Shown in pieces: positions 55,880 to 59,120 of a DNA stretch of 59,120 nt. Source of the DNA: Deltaproteobacteria bacterium (GTDB lineage: Bacteria > Desulfobacterota > Binatia > UBA9968). The notes under the pieces were generated by a model. That model worked only from the letters and a program-made list of their open reading frames with translations, had not been told where the DNA came from and did no database searches. The stretch is taken from assembly GCA_023250515.1 (NCBI GenBank), contig JAHFAO010000001.1:1-59120 (forward strand), given 5' to 3'. Position numbers and translations under genes: made by a program. Numbering within the stretch: position 1 is the first letter of the stretch; each line of letters begins with the position of its first letter.

Positions 55880-56929
55880 TCAAGCGCTTGATACACTTCT
55901 GTAATCAATGGCATCACATGCTACTTTATCATCTAGAGCGGCAGGTGACCTAGACGATTGGCGCTTTAATAGGGCCATTTCTGCGGCCACCATCATCCTT
56001 ATCAGCTCTCTCGAGGATACTGTTGGCTCCCAGCCCAATCTTTTTCTTGCCTTACTGAAATCACCCCGAAGTTCATAGACCTCTGCCGGTCGATAGAGTC
56101 TTTCATCGATTTTCACATAATCCTTCCAGTCCAAACCAACATGCCCAAAGGCTAGTTCGACAAGCTCCCTGACGGAAAAGACCTCTCCCGTAGCGATGAC
56201 ATAATCCTCTGGCGCATCTTGTTGCACCATGAGCCACATGGCCTTTACGTAGTCCTCCGCATAACCCCAATCCCTTTTAGCCTCTAAGTTGCCTATCTTT
56301 AAATCTTTGGCTAAACCCATCTTAATCTTAGCAACCGTATTCGTCACCTTCCTAGTTACAAACTCCAACCCTCTTCTCGGCGATTCATGATTGAAAAGAA
56401 TTCCACTTAGAGCCCAAAGGCCATAGGCCTCACGGTAATTTCTAGTCAGATGATAGCCGGCGATTTTTGAGATCCCGTAGGGCGACCGAGGAAAAAAAGG
56501 GGTATTCTCATTTTGCGGCGTCTCTTTAACGTTTCCGAACATCTCGCTGGACGCAGCAAAATAGAATCTACAATGAGGAGATCTCGCCTTGATCGAGGCA
56601 AGCATGAAATGGGTACCATTGACGTTGGTGCTCAGTGTAGAGAACTCATCTTCAAAGGAGTAACTGACAAAGCTTTGAGATGCCAGATGATAGCATTCAT
56701 CTGGCTTTACCTGATCTACGACATTGAATACGCTTGCAAAGCTTTCCATAGAGCCGGGGTGGAGAACGACTTGGTCAAGGATGTGCTTGATACGCCAGAG
56801 CCTGTGCTCTGGGTCTTCTATGGCCACTCGCCGAACTATCCCATGAACCTCGTAGCCTTTGCTTAATAGGTGCTCGGCCAGATACGAGCCATCCTGCCCC
56901 GTAATCCCTGTAATCAAAGCCTTCTTCAT
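55880..56929 (-). CDS. gmd: GDP-mannose 4,6-dehydratase
   Basis: MKKALITGITGQDGSYLAEHLLSKGYEVHGIVRR, YGISKIAGYH (YxxxK), LFNHESPRRG. Confidence 0.93.
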   Translation of the reverse strand: MKKALITGITGQDGSYLAEHLLSKGYEVHGIVRRVAIEDPEHRLWRIKHILDQVVLHPGSMESFASVFNVVDQVKPDECYHLASQSFVSYSFEDEFSTLSTNVNGTHFMLASIKARSPHCRFYFAASSEMFGNVKETPQNENTPFFPRSPYGISKIAGYHLTRNYREAYGLWALSGILFNHESPRRGLEFVTRKVTNTVAKIKMGLAKDLKIGNLEAKRDWGYAEDYVKAMWLMVQQDAPEDYVIATGEVFSVRELVELAFGHVGLDWKDYVKIDERLYRPAEVYELRGDFSKARKRLGWEPTVSSRELIRMMVAAEMALLKRQSSRSPAALDDKVACDAIDYRSVSSA

Positions 56930-56966
56930 GGTTTTCTCCTCCTCCTCTAGAAACTAACCCTGGTCT

Positions 56967-59045
56967 CTACTTGCTCCGCTCGCCACCATTAGGTTTCTGA
57001 TTTTGCGCAACTTTGCGCCTGAATGCCTCGTAGCGCTGCTGAAAATCGATATTATTGGGAAGTAGCTCTAAGGCACGCGTATAAACCTTATCCGCCGCAA
57101 CAAATTGGTAGCGTCCCTCCTCTGCCAAACCGAGGTGGTAAAAAGCAGCGGCGGAGCTGGGATTGATGCTTGCGGCCTTGCTGAAATACAGCGCAGCCCG
57201 GTCAAAGCTACTCTCCTGCAAATAGAGAAGGCCCAACCGAAAAACGGCCTCGGAAGAAGAGGGGCGAAGATCCAGGACTTTGAGTAAAGCCGACTTCTCT
57301 TCCTCCCGATTGCCCGCCTTTTGCGCCGCTTCTGCCAAAGAGAAATAAAGGGATAAGGGATCGGCTCCGTTTCCAATTCCCTCAGAGACCACGGCCTTGG
57401 CCGCGTTCAAATCTCCTCGAGCAGCAAAGATTAAGATCGCAAGGTGATGGTAGGACCTCGAGTCTTGCGGGATAGTCAAGGCTGCCTGACGAAAGAGCGC
57501 TTCTGCTTTTTTTCCCTCGCCAGCCTTGACGTAGGCAAGGCCGGCATTGAGGAGATGACCGGCCTTTGCACCGGGATCTTTCATCCTTAGCGCCACCTCC
57601 TCGTAAAGCTTCCCCTCATCTGTAAAACGGCCGAGCCTCGTATAAAAACTGGCCAGTCCATCCATCGCCCCAGGATATTCAAAGGCCAAAGCCTTCTTGA
57701 ATCCCTCTTCCACAGCTTCTTTCTCTTTTTGGGAGAGCCAGGGAGGAAACGCTTCGCCTAGATAAAAATGCGCGGATAGGGAAGGCGAGTAGAAAACCGA
57801 CCGGGTTACCTCTTCGAGTCCTTCCTGCTTTCTCCCCATTCTCAAAAGAGCCAATGCATAGAGGTCTCTGACGTAGGGGTTGGTGGGCTCGAGCCAGAGA
57901 GCGACTCCAAGCTCGTTGAGCTGCCATAAAGGCGGGGCTTTATCTTCAACTAATCGGAAAAGAGACAAGTGCGAGGAAGCACGGGCCGGGTGGGAAAGGA
58001 TAAGATCTCTCGCATCCGTAAGGGAGAAAGGCTCTTTAAGGTTATAGGGATAAGGGACTATTTCCTGATTGAGCGAAAAGACAAGCAGGGCAAACGCGAC
58101 GACTGCGATGGCAGCAGGCACAAAAACTCGAGGGCTCGAAGACCGGGAAGCTGGAAGGTTAGAAGGCTGGGAGGATGCAGCGGACATGGTCATGCGAAGG
58201 GCCAGCGCGAAGAAAAGTGTAAACAGAAAAGCGTTAGCGGGGATCTGCAGATTAAAGTCAAAGAACTCATGAAAGGCCATGACTCCCAGAGCGGAAAGCA
58301 AAGCGGCAAAAAGAGGAAGGACCTTCCGGGAAAGGAGTCTAGGGCTCCTAAAGAGTATTTTGGCGCACCGATAGAAAAACCACGCAAGAAAGCCAAAGCC
58401 GATGATGCCTGTCTCTGACAAAAGCTCAAGGTAGTCGTTGTGAGCCTCGCGGTAGAGTCCCGAAGACCATGGAGGGGTCTGGTAATGAGGGAAGAGATCC
58501 GGCCAAGATCCAAGACCCACCCCAAGGAGGGGAAAATCCCGTATCATCCCCAGAGCATCCTTCCAGATTGAAACCCGGCCGCCGAGGCCTGTATCCTGCA
58601 TCACCGTTTCTTGCAGCCGGCTATCGACCTGTTTTCTTCCCCCGGGGCCCACGAAGAAAAGACTCAAGATAAGGAGAAGACAAAGGATGACAAGAGAAAA
58701 ACGCACTGCAAGAGCAGCACGCCTTTTCAAAACAGAAGGCATCCTCTCTTGAAGGTGCCAGGGAGAAACCCAGAGAAGGACGCTCACACCCAAGAGCGCG
58801 CTCATCCACCCACTTCGAGAAAGGCTCAGAAGTATGCCCGAAAACAGAAGGAGAGCGGCAAGGCCGCTAAGAATTCGAAACGCCCCTTCCTTAGTTCTGG
58901 ATCTGAGTAATGTCCGAAAGAGGGCACACGCAAGGGCCATGGGAAAGATGAGGGAGAGATAGTTGGCAAAGTGGTCAGGGTTGATAAAGGGACCGGAGGC
59001 ACGGGGAGCCTCACCGGCCATCGGAACTCCCCAGTCAAGTGGCAC
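56967..59045 (-). CDS. O-antigen ligase-like (Wzy_C) membrane domain fused to C-terminal TPR repeats
   Basis: Wzy_C motif YREAHNDYLELLSETGIIGFGFLAWF in the TM-rich N-terminal half. The C-terminal ~330 aa has multiple TPR-like repeats. The start is uncertain, since the gene could begin upstream near the window edge. Confidence 0.7.
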   Translation of the reverse strand: MPLDWGVPMAGEAPRASGPFINPDHFANYLSLIFPMALACALFRTLLRSRTKEGAFRILSGLAALLLFSGILLSLSRSGWMSALLGVSVLLWVSPWHLQERMPSVLKRRAALAVRFSLVILCLLLILSLFFVGPGGRKQVDSRLQETVMQDTGLGGRVSIWKDALGMIRDFPLLGVGLGSWPDLFPHYQTPPWSSGLYREAHNDYLELLSETGIIGFGFLAWFFYRCAKILFRSPRLLSRKVLPLFAALLSALGVMAFHEFFDFNLQIPANAFLFTLFFALALRMTMSAASSQPSNLPASRSSSPRVFVPAAIAVVAFALLVFSLNQEIVPYPYNLKEPFSLTDARDLILSHPARASSHLSLFRLVEDKAPPLWQLNELGVALWLEPTNPYVRDLYALALLRMGRKQEGLEEVTRSVFYSPSLSAHFYLGEAFPPWLSQKEKEAVEEGFKKALAFEYPGAMDGLASFYTRLGRFTDEGKLYEEVALRMKDPGAKAGHLLNAGLAYVKAGEGKKAEALFRQAALTIPQDSRSYHHLAILIFAARGDLNAAKAVVSEGIGNGADPLSLYFSLAEAAQKAGNREEEKSALLKVLDLRPSSSEAVFRLGLLYLQESSFDRAALYFSKAASINPSSAAAFYHLGLAEEGRYQFVAADKVYTRALELLPNNIDFQQRYEAFRRKVAQNQKPNGGERSK

Positions 59046-59120
59046 AAAGAACCAAAGGATCTTGCCATTCCATGAGAACCTCTGTACAAAGCCGATCGCG
59101 GCAACAAGAGACCCGGTTAA

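Overview
This 59-kb window comes from a moderately GC-rich Gram-negative-type bacterium; I cannot name the phylum from sequence alone. About 90% of the genes lie on the minus strand.

**Positions 1-15.9 kb: housekeeping genes.** These are tsaD, a TPR lipoprotein, PBP1A, HtrA/DegP, a DUF1844 protein, htpX, a GT9 heptosyltransferase-like gene, cysK, larE, ispD, carD, rimI, tRNA-Cys, a DedA protein and a glutaredoxin. A vapBC toxin-antitoxin cassette sits downstream of the intact ispD gene. It is bracketed by a perfect 55-bp direct repeat that duplicates the ispD 3' end.

**Positions 15.9-29.1 kb: a lasso-peptide (RiPP) gene cluster, the most interesting region.** It is tightly packed and has an unusual architecture:
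- two Asn-synthetase-like lasso cyclases
- two stand-alone PqqD/RRE proteins
- only one B2 leader peptidase
- an HprK-like kinase
- three NTP_transf_5 nucleotidyltransferase paralogs, one fused to a SAM methyltransferase
- a PRMT-like methyltransferase with a PqqD-like C-terminal tail
- an ABC-2 exporter

I found two 55-aa precursor genes that fall below the ORF-track cut-off, one directly downstream of each cyclase (23376-23543 and 20449-20616). Both carry the canonical lasso leader motif YxxPxLx3Gx5Tx.

**Positions 29.2-59.0 kb: a very large polysaccharide/glycan locus.** It encodes:
- a priming sugar transferase
- 10 GT2/GT4 glycosyltransferases
- asnB and an acetyltransferase
- two Wzy/WaaL-like proteins and a Wzx flippase
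- four SAM methyltransferases
- a radical SAM/SPASM enzyme and a NodU-type carbamoyltransferase
- gmd plus a decayed gmd remnant

**Heptamer arrays.** Short tandem arrays of 5-6 heptamer units occur in frame inside three glycan genes. They also occur as an inverted pair at the larE 3' end.

No rRNA, CRISPR array, transposase or integrase was recognised.
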